From a virus, in IMG/VR virus record IMGVR_UViG_3300027754_003462: a DNA stretch of 64,000 nucleotides, one strand, 5' to 3'. Every line of letters starts with the position of its first letter. Positions within the stretch are counted from its first letter, which is position 1. The notes below the pieces were generated by a model, which saw nothing but the letters and a program-made list of their open reading frames with translations, did not search any database and was not told the origin of the DNA. The translations under genes and the position numbers were made by a program. This document shows positions 37,957 through 48,304 of the stretch, piece by piece.

Positions 37957-38807
37957 ACGCTTCTTTCTAGTGCTGGTGCCACTCTACTTATCCAGGTGCC
38001 TCGGCGTAGTTCATCTAAAGTATATTCAGTATGACAAATCTGTGCAAGCCACAACTCCCGGTCTCGAGTGTATGGTTGCTCAATGTCTCCAAACCCAACG
38101 CCCACGGGGTATGCCAAACTGGTTGTTTCTACAATGGGCCGCACTCCAGCAATTGCGGCTTGTGTACCTGGGCCCGAATTGTAGTTTACCAAGGCATGAC
38201 AATCATAATGTATGTCATAACTGTCATAGGTATTGGGCAATCGGTTGGGTATTTCTACTGTTACTCCTGGGGGTAAATTGTCGAATGCTACCTTGCATCG
38301 CGGATGTGGCCTCACAGTGATAGGGCGGTCTGTTGAATTCTTCAAGATGTTTAGTGTGCTGTGCAACCAGCCTGTCATGTCCAGGCCAGTTACTTGTAAA
38401 CTACGATTGTGTTGCAAAGCCACAACAATGTTGGGGTTGGATGCAAATTGTGTGGCCAGGCTGATGCGTAATTTTTTAGGCCTGTCCCAATCCAGATTAT
38501 CTACATGTCCATAATAGCCGTCGGCCGTGATATTGTTCACTGCTATCTTCCAGGTATTGCCCCGATACAATGCGCCAATTTCAATTATGATCACTGGCCG
38601 GCCTTGTGATCTATAGTGTTCATACACTGCTTGATTGGCACTCATTCGTCCTGCCCACAGCACTGACCAAATGATAGCCGCATCGCTTGTCATTGAATTT
38701 TCTTGTGTTTGGATGCCACGGGCTTGCAAGCAATCCAATACTGCACTCATAACTGGCTGTGCATTTTTTGCACATTGCAAAGGATAATAGGCTACGTTTT
38801 TGATCAT
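37953..38807 (-). CDS. KpsS/capsule-synthesis-like glycosyltransferase
   Basis: VALQ...S, VRPHP, VNYNSGPG..AAIAGV, WL..I..TEYT..E; start corrected to MIKNVAY. Confidence 0.6.
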   Translation of the reverse strand: MIKNVAYYPLQCAKNAQPVMSAVLDCLQARGIQTQENSMTSDAAIIWSVLWAGRMSANQAVYEHYRSQGRPVIIIEIGALYRGNTWKIAVNNITADGYYGHVDNLDWDRPKKLRISLATQFASNPNIVVALQHNRSLQVTGLDMTGWLHSTLNILKNSTDRPITVRPHPRCKVAFDNLPPGVTVEIPNRLPNTYDSYDIHYDCHALVNYNSGPGTQAAIAGVRPIVETTSLAYPVGVGFGDIEQPYTRDRELWLAQICHTEYTLDELRRGTWISRVAPALERSV

Positions 38808-38819
38808 AAGTAATTTTTG

Positions 38820-39620
38820 ATGAAGTACACAGTAATTACCACATTCAACGAGTCCGGTTACAAGAAATACGGACAACGCATGATCCAAACCTTTTTGCAG
38901 ACATGGCCAAGCGAAGTTACGCTGGTGATTTATGCAGAAGGTTGTGCGGTAGCAGAAACGGCATCCAATCTTGTGGTTCATGATATTACCATAGCAGATG
39001 CATTGACCACATTCAAAACTGCCTGGGCCGGTGTGCCACGGGCCAATGGAGATGTCAGTGGCGACCCTGTTCGTAGCAAAAGAAAAGATTCCGGTAAAGG
39101 ATTCAAGTGGGACGCCGTGCGTTTTGCTCACAAAGTGTACTCAATATTCCACTGTGCGAGATCTATCGCAACTGATTGGTTGATATGGATGGATGGCGAT
39201 ACTGTGTGCCATAGCACCATTACCTTAGCAGACCTAGCACGTCTGTGCCCAACTGACCGAGACTTATGCTTTTTAGGGCGTCAAGGCAAGTACTCTGAAT
39301 GTGGGTTGTATGCTATGAATCTAATGCGTCCGGGTACAAAAACGTTCTTGCAAAAGTTTCAACGCATGTACGATGATGCTGAACAGGGAATATTCACACT
39401 CAAAGAGTGGCACGATAGTTATGTGTTTGATGATGTACGAAAGCAATGTGTACTAAATGAACTGGATTGGTCCGGTCATTTGATCACCGGTGAAGGCCAT
39501 CCCTTGATCAATTGTGAATGGGGTGCGTACTTGGATCATCTCAAAGGTGCTCGTAAAGATCTAAAACGTAGCAAACAAGCAGACTTAAAAGTTCCGCGCA
39601 CAGAAGCGTATTGGCAATGA
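38820..39620 (+). CDS. nucleotide-diphospho-sugar transferase (GT-A)
   Basis: RFAHKVY, IWMDGDT (DxD), SECG, WHDSYVF, DHLKG. Confidence 0.75.
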   Translation: MKYTVITTFNESGYKKYGQRMIQTFLQTWPSEVTLVIYAEGCAVAETASNLVVHDITIADALTTFKTAWAGVPRANGDVSGDPVRSKRKDSGKGFKWDAVRFAHKVYSIFHCARSIATDWLIWMDGDTVCHSTITLADLARLCPTDRDLCFLGRQGKYSECGLYAMNLMRPGTKTFLQKFQRMYDDAEQGIFTLKEWHDSYVFDDVRKQCVLNELDWSGHLITGEGHPLINCEWGAYLDHLKGARKDLKRSKQADLKVPRTEAYWQ

Positions 39621-40420
39621 CCTGGATATTCTTGAACAAAAACAACGCTGACGAATACATTGAAATGTTTGCGGCTGGGTCTCAAACTGTGCCCACTTGT
39701 TTGGAAACATGGCGTTATGAAGACAGTGATGCTCCGCTAGTACTACGTGGTATCATGAAACACAAGATTATCCGACGCTGTTGGGCAGACCGACGTGATT
39801 TTTACTACATGGATTCGGGTTATCTAGGCAACAGGCCCAGCATGGCTAACCCTAATGGTTGGAAGTTTTATCACAGAATTGTGCCCAATGATCTACAACA
39901 TGGTGCGGTGATTGATAGACCCCCAGATAGATTGCAAAGATTAAACGTCAAGATCCGTCCCAGACAGAATCACTGCAGAGATATACTAATAGTTGCTCCA
40001 GACGAAAAGCCTTGTACATTTTACGGTATTACCTTAGACGAATGGTTAAAGACCACAACGGATACTATCCGGCAATATACCGATCGTCCCATACGCATGA
40101 GAGAACGCCCTGCTTCAAGATGGGATCGCAAAACACAACGACCTGAAGAATGGCTCAACGATGTACATGCCATAGTTACATTCAATTCAACAGCCGCAAC
40201 AGAAGCAGTGCTGGCTGGCGTGCCTACTTTCGTCACAGCACCTGCCAATGCCGCTAGACCTGTGAGCAATACAGATTTAAGTACAATAGAAACACCCTGG
40301 TTCCCGGACAGTGATCAGGTATATAAGTGGGCTTGCCACTTGGCGTATGGACAGTTCCATACTACAGAACTGGCCAATGGCACCGCTGCCGCAATACTCA
40401 AGGAGACTCAACATGCGTGA
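39617..40420 (+). CDS. KpsS/capsule-synthesis-like glycosyltransferase
   Basis: YMDSGY, RERP, VTFNSTAATEAVLAGVP, LAYGQF...E. Confidence 0.6.
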   Translation: MTWIFLNKNNADEYIEMFAAGSQTVPTCLETWRYEDSDAPLVLRGIMKHKIIRRCWADRRDFYYMDSGYLGNRPSMANPNGWKFYHRIVPNDLQHGAVIDRPPDRLQRLNVKIRPRQNHCRDILIVAPDEKPCTFYGITLDEWLKTTTDTIRQYTDRPIRMRERPASRWDRKTQRPEEWLNDVHAIVTFNSTAATEAVLAGVPTFVTAPANAARPVSNTDLSTIETPWFPDSDQVYKWACHLAYGQFHTTELANGTAAAILKETQHA

Positions 40421-41063
40421 ACACTATGGATGGCAATTTCCCGACTTTGAAACACACCTGCCACGGATGATTAAGAAAAGCGTGGACAAAGGCTTGCCGC
40501 CCGAATATCAAATTGCCGTACGACGTCGCAGTATTGAGTTATGTAAAAAACGAGATGTAGCATTGGATATTGGTGCCAACGTGGGATTATGGTCACGTGA
40601 TCTTGTGAAAAGTTTTGGCCGTGTGATAGCATTTGAACCTGTTGGCATATTTAGAGAATGCCTGGAACGCAATGTCGTAGGCGATAACTTTGAAGTGCGT
40701 CCCATTGCGCTGGGCGATCAGGATACGCAGGGCACAATGATCATTACCGAAGACAATTCTGGACATAGTCATCTTGATCCTGCTTCTATGGGCACAGGCG
40801 ATGTACAAGTTGTTCGTCTTGACAACTTGAACTTTCACGACATAAGTTATATCAAAATTGACTGCGAAGGCTATGAGTATCGCATACTGCAAGGTGCCGA
40901 ACAAACCATTCGACGTTGCAGACCCATTGTGGTGATAGAGCAAAAACCACATGATGCTTACAGCAAACAATACGGGCAGTTTGCGGCGGTTGGCTTGCTG
41001 GAAGATTGGGGCATGGTAAAACTAGATCAAGTACGTGATGATTGGATCATGGGGTGGCAATAA
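40413..41063 (+). CDS. FkbM family methyltransferase
   Basis: LDIGANVG, AFEP, IKIDCEGYE, PIVVIE; start MREHY after AGGAG. Confidence 0.9.
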   Translation: MREHYGWQFPDFETHLPRMIKKSVDKGLPPEYQIAVRRRSIELCKKRDVALDIGANVGLWSRDLVKSFGRVIAFEPVGIFRECLERNVVGDNFEVRPIALGDQDTQGTMIITEDNSGHSHLDPASMGTGDVQVVRLDNLNFHDISYIKIDCEGYEYRILQGAEQTIRRCRPIVVIEQKPHDAYSKQYGQFAAVGLLEDWGMVKLDQVRDDWIMGWQ

Positions 41064-41710
41064 CTGCATTTGATCTAGTGGAAATTAAAGAAGGATGGTA
41101 TTGGCCAAAAGATGATACCAATACCTTGAGATTTCTACTAGAAAATTTTGATTTACCTGATAAAATATCCAGTTATGTTAATAACAAAAAAGTTGTAGTG
41201 CAAGCTGGTGGCAATTGCGGTATATACCCAAAACAATATTCAAAAATTTTTGATGCTGTTTATACGTTTGAACCAGACTGGCTGAATTTTTATTGTTTAG
41301 TAATGAATTGCCCTGAAGAAAATATTATTAAATCTCAAGGATGTCTCGGTAGTGATCCTGGATTGGTAAATCTTCATATCAAATCTAAGAGCAGGGGAAA
41401 AAGTTTTATTAACGGCGTTGGTTTCTATCCGATTTATCTAATAGACAATTTAGGATTAACAGCATGTGACTTAATACACTTGGACATAGAAGGCTATGAA
41501 TATTTTGCTCTTAGCGGTGCTGTGTCTACTATCAATAAATTCAAACCAGTTATAGCCATTGAAATGTGGGATCCGCCTCCAAAAAAATATCTAAATAGAT
41601 TTGGGGACAACATCAATCAAAAAACCAAAGACCTACTGACATCATTGGGTTACACACATGTTAACACCCTGAACGAATCTGACTGGATATACACATGCGA
41701 ACAAAAATAA
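41054..41710 (+). CDS. FkbM family methyltransferase
   Basis: VQAGGNCG, TFEP, IHLDIEGYE, PVIAIE; start uncertain. Confidence 0.88.
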   Translation: MAITAFDLVEIKEGWYWPKDDTNTLRFLLENFDLPDKISSYVNNKKVVVQAGGNCGIYPKQYSKIFDAVYTFEPDWLNFYCLVMNCPEENIIKSQGCLGSDPGLVNLHIKSKSRGKSFINGVGFYPIYLIDNLGLTACDLIHLDIEGYEYFALSGAVSTINKFKPVIAIEMWDPPPKKYLNRFGDNINQKTKDLLTSLGYTHVNTLNESDWIYTCEQK

Positions 41711-42381
41711 TAGTGTTACAAAATAATGATCTGTCTCAAACAGTGGCACAAGATTGCATAGAACAGGCTAGAAAATTTGGAATCCACGCCGAAGTATTTG
41801 ACGCTATAAACGGATTTGATGCGGCTGCGCATCTAGAATTATTAAACATAAATCCACTGGGAAAATTTAAAAAAGGAAGAGTTGGAATAGTTGGGTGTTT
41901 GCTAAGTCATTATTATTTGTGGCTTGATTGTATCAAAGACAATGTTCCTTATCTTGTGCTAGAGCATGATGGATATTTTATCAAGCCATTGCCAGACAAT
42001 ATTTTAGATTCATTTGATGATGTTATCAAATTAGATTCTGGTAACCCTTACAGCGATTCTTATGAACACTGGTTAACAACCCACGAGAATGATACTTCGT
42101 CAACTTACATCATTGAAGATCGCGAAGGTGGCGGGGGAAATCGTGAAACTGCCGCTGGCTGGAATAGCATGGGTGCCTATGCATATATTATCAAACCGCA
42201 TGCGGCAGAAAAACTAGTTGGTTGGGTCAAAGCCAATGGGTTCCTTCCAACTGATTGGCTAATAGGTACAAAAATTGTTAATATAACCCACTACCGGCCT
42301 ACTATTGCAAGATTACACCCACTGTATGCAACAGATGGTAATATTAAAAAATTGTCTACCACAATGAATTTGGAGAAATAA
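41695..42381 (+). CDS. glycosyltransferase family 25-like
   Basis: FDAING, GCLLSHY.LW, VLEHD, GAYAYII. Confidence 0.85.
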   Translation: MRTKIIVLQNNDLSQTVAQDCIEQARKFGIHAEVFDAINGFDAAAHLELLNINPLGKFKKGRVGIVGCLLSHYYLWLDCIKDNVPYLVLEHDGYFIKPLPDNILDSFDDVIKLDSGNPYSDSYEHWLTTHENDTSSTYIIEDREGGGGNRETAAGWNSMGAYAYIIKPHAAEKLVGWVKANGFLPTDWLIGTKIVNITHYRPTIARLHPLYATDGNIKKLSTTMNLEK

Positions 42382-42382
42382 C

Positions 42383-43006
42383 ATGAATAACGAACAAGAT
42401 AAAAGTGCCGAGGATTCTGCTACCTGGGCTCGTAAATGGACCAAAGAACGATATATAGCCAAGCACCGATCTAGTTGGGAAATAGCAGATGCTTATCTCA
42501 ATCAACCCATAGGAAGATTGTTGGATATTGGATGTGGCTTTGCCTGGGAAAGCCGCTGGTTCAATGAAAAGTATGGCACAGAACTTTGGTTGTTGGATGG
42601 AGACTCTAGTACCAATGCTACCAAGCCCGAAACTGCCAGTTACGGTAACTGGAATACAGACTCTAGTGAACTAAAATTTTATCACACCTTTGATTTCTTG
42701 GATTCTAAATTAAAAGAACTAGGTACAAAAAATTACCATCTAGTAGACGCTAATAATATCAACATACCCGATGATGTTAAATTTGATGTTATCACATCGT
42801 GGCTCAGTTGCGGTCATCACTATCCGGTAAAGACCTATATAGATCTCATGCGTCAACACTCGCATGAACATACTAGAATTATTTTAGACATCAGATGCAA
42901 GGGCACAGCCACAAACTACATTGGCGTAGATGGATTTGAAGTTGTGAATGTTGTGAGTAATGCAGGCGGCAAAAAACGTGCTACCGTGGAGATAAAGTTG
43001 TTATGA
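42383..43006 (+). CDS. class I SAM-dependent methyltransferase
   Basis: LLDIGCG, LLDGD, FDVITSW.S.G.HYP. Confidence 0.8.
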   Translation: MNNEQDKSAEDSATWARKWTKERYIAKHRSSWEIADAYLNQPIGRLLDIGCGFAWESRWFNEKYGTELWLLDGDSSTNATKPETASYGNWNTDSSELKFYHTFDFLDSKLKELGTKNYHLVDANNINIPDDVKFDVITSWLSCGHHYPVKTYIDLMRQHSHEHTRIILDIRCKGTATNYIGVDGFEVVNVVSNAGGKKRATVEIKLL

Positions 43007-43677
43007 CTAGTGCATACTACGAAGAATCAGTTAGACTGGGTCGTGAGTTCCAGGTCAACAACAAGAGTTGGGCTGGATACGACGTTGTAAAATATCAGAA
43101 GTGTATCAAAGATCTGGTGGATCGCTATGGTGCAAAAACTATACTAGACTACGGATGTGGCAAAGGCCTGCAATACAAAGAGCGACTGCCGTATGGCGGC
43201 GGTGCTGGGATTGAGTTACCTGAAGAAGAATGGAAAACGTTTGATGAATATTTAGGTGTTACAGTTTATTGTTATGATCCTTGCGTGGCAGGCTTTGAAC
43301 AACTGCCGCCTGCGGGTACTAAATTTGATGGGGTTATTTGCACACAGGTGCTGAATAGTATTCCTGACGCAGACATGACTTGGGTACGTGAGCGGCTAGA
43401 ATCTTATGCTGAACAGTTTTGTTTTGTTGGTGTAAACTTCCAACGTGAAGCCAAAGGTAAGAAAAGCATGTACGATCCTGCTCACTTTCCGCTGCCAAGA
43501 ACACGAGAGTTCTTCCGTAGTTACTATCAAGACTGGAACTCCAGTGACTTGTTCTGGTGGTGGAAAGATCGTCCTTACTACGACACCTGGTTGGATGAAC
43601 AATTAAATCAGACCTGGCAAGATGTCCCAGATACCTTCAGCGGTAAGTATGAATACATAGAGGTAAATCACCGATGA
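43003..43677 (+). CDS. class I SAM-dependent methyltransferase
   Basis: ILDYGCGKG, YDP, FDGVICTQVL..IP. Confidence 0.82.
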   Translation: MTSAYYEESVRLGREFQVNNKSWAGYDVVKYQKCIKDLVDRYGAKTILDYGCGKGLQYKERLPYGGGAGIELPEEEWKTFDEYLGVTVYCYDPCVAGFEQLPPAGTKFDGVICTQVLNSIPDADMTWVRERLESYAEQFCFVGVNFQREAKGKKSMYDPAHFPLPRTREFFRSYYQDWNSSDLFWWWKDRPYYDTWLDEQLNQTWQDVPDTFSGKYEYIEVNHR

Positions 43678-44231
43678 TAATAGATCCTGAATATCAAGCA
43701 CAATTGGCTACCATGCACAGCCAAGGTCAATTTGTTAGAGGTGGTAAAACTTTAAAAAGTGTACGACCGTTCTTGGAAAAATATCAACCTACTAGTGTGT
43801 TAGACTTTGGATGTGGCCACGGTGCGCTGATGGCCAGCATACAACAAAAATACCCCAATATGCGTGTGGAAGGTTATGACCCAGGAAATCCTGACCATAA
43901 TCGAGTTCCCAAACGTTCATTCGATGCTGTGGTCAGTGCAGATGTATTTGAGCACATTGAACCCAGCCACCTGGCTGAAACATTACGCATGATCAGCGAC
44001 AAGATGATTGTTGCTGGATGGTTCAGAATTGCCTGCTATCCTGCAAAGAAACACCTGCCTGATGGTCGTAACGCTCACTTGATTGTGGAGTCCCCTGCAT
44101 GGTGGCGGGAACAACTGCTGGCCAACATGGATATCACCATTGTGTCAGAAGCGATCTCTGTAGTTGACAAAAGTCAAAAGTGGCCCGATGTTGTGGGACA
44201 CAACTATGATGTTGTGGTAGAGGTCAAGTAG
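43674..44231 (+). CDS. class I SAM-dependent methyltransferase
   Basis: VLDFGCGHG, YDP, FDAVVSADVFEHIEP, GRNAH. Confidence 0.85.
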   Translation: MIIDPEYQAQLATMHSQGQFVRGGKTLKSVRPFLEKYQPTSVLDFGCGHGALMASIQQKYPNMRVEGYDPGNPDHNRVPKRSFDAVVSADVFEHIEPSHLAETLRMISDKMIVAGWFRIACYPAKKHLPDGRNAHLIVESPAWWREQLLANMDITIVSEAISVVDKSQKWPDVVGHNYDVVVEVK

Positions 44232-45148
44232 GGCAGGAACTTTTGCCAGATGCGTCCTGCCTGTGCATCTGCGTCTGACCAGTGTGCGGCGGCTAGGTCA
44301 TGCAACCATTGCTCTCGAGCAAATACAGCAGGTGATTCAATTTGAGCAATATCTTGATTGGCCACCGCCCAGGCTACACAACTTGAATCATCCGCAAACA
44401 CAGGTATGCCAGCACACACAGCCGCTACACTGGCACTGCTGTTGAAGAATACTGCGGCATGAGCACCGTTTAGATTGTCTGTCAACTGCGTAATTGCAGG
44501 ATCCGCTATCATGATGCTGGTATCGTTATTGAGTTGTCTTTTGTTCCACTTGTGAAAATCTTCAGATCTATAATCTCCTGGGTGAGGACGTATCATGATC
44601 TGGCGTTGGGTATGTTGTCGAATTTGTCTAATTTTTCCATTAAGCCATGTCATGGGATCCAATGCTTTCATGCTAAAGCCGCCATCACGTTGCATACAAA
44701 TCAAAACATGACCCTGAAGATTTGATTGTGGAGATTTTAATTCAATATGTAATGCTTGTCGGATTTCGTCCCACTTACTTGAGTCGCTGTTATGATTGGC
44801 GTATTCAGCACGATCATAGAACGGTCCATTCAAACTGTAGCGTAGATACCTACTGCCGTCATCCGTATACTTCCAACAACTAGCATCAATACACATGGTA
44901 TCGAGTCCACGTCTACGTTGTTCTGCTATGATTTCTTTGCGTAAGGTTATGTTACGTCCACCGGTGTTGGTGGTTGCCCAGCCCAACATCACTGCCAGAC
45001 GACTGGGTGTGTAAACATAATCTCGTTCAACACGCACTAGGCCTCCTGAACTGGCCACCCCTGTGGCAAAACTTTCAAGACATTGAGTTTTGCGTGTGTG
45101 CTTTTTAACATTGGCCACACTGGAAACATAAACCACACAATCAAGCAT
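44204..45148 (-). CDS. KpsS/capsule-synthesis-like glycosyltransferase
   Basis: LICMQ, IRPHP, FFNSSASVAAVCAGIP, WL..LA. Confidence 0.6.
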   Translation of the reverse strand: MLDCVVYVSSVANVKKHTRKTQCLESFATGVASSGGLVRVERDYVYTPSRLAVMLGWATTNTGGRNITLRKEIIAEQRRRGLDTMCIDASCWKYTDDGSRYLRYSLNGPFYDRAEYANHNSDSSKWDEIRQALHIELKSPQSNLQGHVLICMQRDGGFSMKALDPMTWLNGKIRQIRQHTQRQIMIRPHPGDYRSEDFHKWNKRQLNNDTSIMIADPAITQLTDNLNGAHAAVFFNSSASVAAVCAGIPVFADDSSCVAWAVANQDIAQIESPAVFAREQWLHDLAAAHWSDADAQAGRIWQKFLPYLTSTTTS

Positions 45149-46142
45149 TGTTTAATATGCGCCAGGCTGTGCCATCACGCATGTCCACTTCTGTAAATTG
45201 ACAATATGCCATGTGTCGTGCCCAGGCTTCCACTTCCTCTAGGCTGGGTCGGCGCGGGTTTTCTATTTCAGCAAGACTTTGACTACACAACGGTCCGGCC
45301 GCATTTGGACCCAGTGTGATTGCTGGTTTACCATGTAGCAAGGCTTCGCCTGCGGCAATACTGGAGAATGTGACCAAGCAATGCACATCACGATCCAAGG
45401 CCATCTCTATTGTGTCATCAAAAATTCTGGCACTACGACCCTGTTTGGTTCTTACAACAACAGGTCTGTCTGAGTACTTTTTGATTTCTTGTTGTACAGT
45501 CTCCAACCAATCGTCAAGTATGATATCGTAGTTGTTCAGTAACTTTTGACTGGGCGGTGCCAAAAGAATATTTGTGCCCGGGCGCATTTTTTTTGGTCTT
45601 GCATTGGTTTTTTCTAGTCTGTCCCAGGGACGTTCTACAATATCACCAAACCATTGCACATCATTTTTGGTAATTCTGTGATACAGTTTTCTTTTACCGT
45701 TACCAAAGTAGCCAGTGTCAATATAGTAGAAATCTCTTCCTGAGGCGCGGCAGGCATCCATTTGTTTGCGTTTGGTGATGCCACGCAACACCACAGCAGT
45801 TTCTGTGTGTTCTTCTCGGGCCCAGGTGCTGATTTGACCCCCGGCACCTTGTACAAAACTGCTTAGTATGGGATCGTACATATGACCTTTTCTTTCGTAT
45901 CTGTATTCGCTGTCGGTGCTCACTATGTTGTTGACCGGTAGCGCCGCCAATTGTTCACTCAACGTTTGGAGTGTGATACCGTAAGTGGATCCTGCTGGAT
46001 CCACTCGATACTTTAGTATGTTATCAAATATTTCCCGTATCTCAGGAACCACTTGATCTAACACATGCGGTTCGGGCGGAGCAGGAGGTTCTGGCGGCGG
46101 AGGCGGAATATATGATGATTCGTCTTCCTGTTCCCAGATCAT
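45141..46142 (-). CDS. KpsS/capsule-synthesis-like glycosyltransferase with Pro-rich N-terminus
   Basis: YIDTGYFG, VTFSSIAAGEALLHGKP, MAYCQF; paralog of 39617-40420. Confidence 0.6.
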   Translation of the reverse strand: MIWEQEDESSYIPPPPPEPPAPPEPHVLDQVVPEIREIFDNILKYRVDPAGSTYGITLQTLSEQLAALPVNNIVSTDSEYRYERKGHMYDPILSSFVQGAGGQISTWAREEHTETAVVLRGITKRKQMDACRASGRDFYYIDTGYFGNGKRKLYHRITKNDVQWFGDIVERPWDRLEKTNARPKKMRPGTNILLAPPSQKLLNNYDIILDDWLETVQQEIKKYSDRPVVVRTKQGRSARIFDDTIEMALDRDVHCLVTFSSIAAGEALLHGKPAITLGPNAAGPLCSQSLAEIENPRRPSLEEVEAWARHMAYCQFTEVDMRDGTAWRILNNA

Positions 46143-46828
46143 TCTATTGACCTTTGCTGGCAATATTCAGTTAGTATGCGTTCTCTGTGCCATTCACTAC
46201 CCATGGGAGTGTCAGCAAACTCGTGAAAGCATGGAGTGCCCAGGGTGTAATGCAACAACTTGGCCGCGGGATTAGGCCCGTATTCATCGGGTAACCAGTT
46301 CCATTCTGGCGGCAATTCACCAATGCGAGTATCATCCAACCACGAGAAGCGGTGGAGTTCACTACCTGTGGATCGTTGCACAAACTCAGGAGAAAGTTTA
46401 CGATTGGGAAAACTATTACAATTCCACAAAATAACACTAGACCAATTTTTTCTAGGATAGTCTTCATTTTTAGAACCTAGGTATTTCACAGGCATGCGAG
46501 TCTTGTAGACATGCTTGACCACTTGCACGTCTTTGGTAACATCTTTCATAGCCCAAAGTTCTGCAACATCACCACGCACAATCATGTCACCGTCAATGAA
46601 GATAGCCGAACCCGAAAATCCCATCAAGTACGGCACCAAAAATCTTGTGTAGATAAAGTGATTGCTACCGTCAGTGTGTGTTTCCGAATAGTCCCGGAAC
46701 AGATTCAGTGCTACAGGCACAATACTCACAGGTCTGCTTGCGTGTCTAATAATGCTGTTGACACAGGTGTGATATGCTATGGCCTCACGCGGATCATAGC
46801 CAATAAAGATTGGTATAATGTCTTTCAT
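46139..46828 (-). CDS. GT-A fold glycosyltransferase (GT8-like)
   Basis: IFIGYDPRE, RFLVP, FIDGDM, RKNWSS, LPPEWN, HYTLGTP. Confidence 0.8.
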   Translation of the reverse strand: MKDIIPIFIGYDPREAIAYHTCVNSIIRHASRPVSIVPVALNLFRDYSETHTDGSNHFIYTRFLVPYLMGFSGSAIFIDGDMIVRGDVAELWAMKDVTKDVQVVKHVYKTRMPVKYLGSKNEDYPRKNWSSVILWNCNSFPNRKLSPEFVQRSTGSELHRFSWLDDTRIGELPPEWNWLPDEYGPNPAAKLLHYTLGTPCFHEFADTPMGSEWHRERILTEYCQQRSIE

Positions 46829-47580
46829 CTGCGCTCGATATCCTCTTCTACACAATTCTCACCGTATTGTATTTCAATTAGTTTGAGTGGTTGGTCAGTT
46901 TCGTTGCACAACATGTGCCATTGATTTTTAGCAATCCAAATATATTCGTGCGGTCCATATGTACCTACCAAGTCGTGATCGCTTGAACTGTCTAGTGTGT
47001 AAACTGCGGCTTCACCTTGGGCCACAAACCAAAACTCTGCACGTTGATCGTGACGTTGCATACTCAAACATGTTTTGGGTGCCACAGTAAGTTCTTTGAG
47101 TTTGGTATGTGTGCCTACTTCGTGTAACACACGATAGTAACCCCAGGCACGTGATGTTTTGGGAGTTTTCCACTCCTCTAATATCCAGGAACTAGAATTG
47201 GCTTTGTCTTCCCCTCCGACCCCAAACACAAATTCCACATCATCAAATACCTGTTCTGGAATGTTTTTGGATGTACGGTCTCCGCCGTTGGCAAACACAA
47301 TTTCATCGTTGGGATATTTTTCCTTGACCTTGCGGATAGCATCAATGCTGGATCCGTCATCGTCGTTGAATTCGATTACTTCCCCAACCATGTGTAGATT
47401 GTCCAACACAATCATGCGTTCGCGCCAGGGCATGAATGGGCGGCCTTTTTTGCGTGTGAGCCACGCATCAGAGTTTAGGCCCACAACCACGTGATCACCC
47501 AGGTGATCAGCATGATTTAGGTAAGAGATATGCCCGGAATGCAGAGGATCAAAGCCACCAGTTACTATGACGATTTTCAT
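46825..47580 (-). CDS. cytidylyltransferase-like (HxGH) domain fused to a type II PMI-like cupin
   Basis: TGGFDPLHSGH, GLNSD, FANGGDR; WGYYRVL, LSMQRH..RAEFW, IEIQYG..C.EEDIER. Confidence 0.88.
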   Translation of the reverse strand: MKIVIVTGGFDPLHSGHISYLNHADHLGDHVVVGLNSDAWLTRKKGRPFMPWRERMIVLDNLHMVGEVIEFNDDDGSSIDAIRKVKEKYPNDEIVFANGGDRTSKNIPEQVFDDVEFVFGVGGEDKANSSSWILEEWKTPKTSRAWGYYRVLHEVGTHTKLKELTVAPKTCLSMQRHDQRAEFWFVAQGEAAVYTLDSSSDHDLVGTYGPHEYIWIAKNQWHMLCNETDQPLKLIEIQYGENCVEEDIERR

Positions 47581-47588
47581 GCAGGTAT

Positions 47589-48041
47589 TTACACCTGGAT
47601 GTCTTCCATGCCTGCAGTTCTTAGGCGGACCACATGTCCCATTTGCCACTGTTTGGTGTCCAGCCCCTTGAGTATGCCTAACCAGCGATTACGCAGGTAC
47701 GCCACTTCATTGATCAAGGTTTCGTAGTCAATAACTTCGTCTTCGCCGTCCACATACTTTTCAGCATCTCTTGATGTCAGCGCACGAGCGTACCCTTCAA
47801 GATACTTTTGAAAATGTTTTCTACGTATCTTACGCAGTTGGATATTGAGATAGTTTAGTACTGCCTCAATCTCTTGCAGTTGATTGTACCTAAACTCAGT
47901 GATGCCGGGCAAAGCGGTGATATTCTTTTCCACTAGGCCGTAGATCTTGCAGTCCTTTTTGGCATCTTCAAGTTCACGCTCGTAGTGATTTATGAAGTCT
48001 GGGATGGCACCAAGGCTGGCAACTACGCGGCTGTACCACAT
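47589..48041 (-). CDS. uvsY: recombination mediator UvsY
   Basis: Helical; KY...D....D, KGLD.KQWQ.....RLR..G; near uvsX. Confidence 0.75.
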   Translation of the reverse strand: MWYSRVVASLGAIPDFINHYERELEDAKKDCKIYGLVEKNITALPGITEFRYNQLQEIEAVLNYLNIQLRKIRRKHFQKYLEGYARALTSRDAEKYVDGEDEVIDYETLINEVAYLRNRWLGILKGLDTKQWQMGHVVRLRTAGMEDIQV

Positions 48042-48304
48042 TAGTTTTCCCAGTCTTCGTCTTCTTCCTCTTCTTCTGACTCATCTTCTTCATCTTCTGC
48101 CGCATAGTCTTTGTCGTTGTCAAGATATGCAGTCAGCGCACGTTTGATGTCTGAATCACCTTTGAAGGCCGCACGAATGTCTTCCACATCACTATCATTG
48201 TCCATCAAGATCTGTATCACAGTTTCCGCAGCTTCGTCACGGTCTACTGTGTTTACAAAACGCTTGAGTTCTCCCCAAATTTCACTGGCTATTGTTTCAC
48301 TCAT
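48041..48304 (-). CDS. acidic hypothetical protein
   Basis: 87 aa with poly-E/D tail, between uvsX and uvsY. Confidence 0.7.
   Translation of the reverse strand: MSETIASEIWGELKRFVNTVDRDEAAETVIQILMDNDSDVEDIRAAFKGDSDIKRALTAYLDNDKDYAAEDEEDESEEEEEDEDWEN

Noticed and set aside
38808-39131. N-terminal extension of ORF 37953..39131
   Set aside because: It overlaps the plus-strand glycosyltransferase antisense; the ATG at 38807 gives a normal divergent pair
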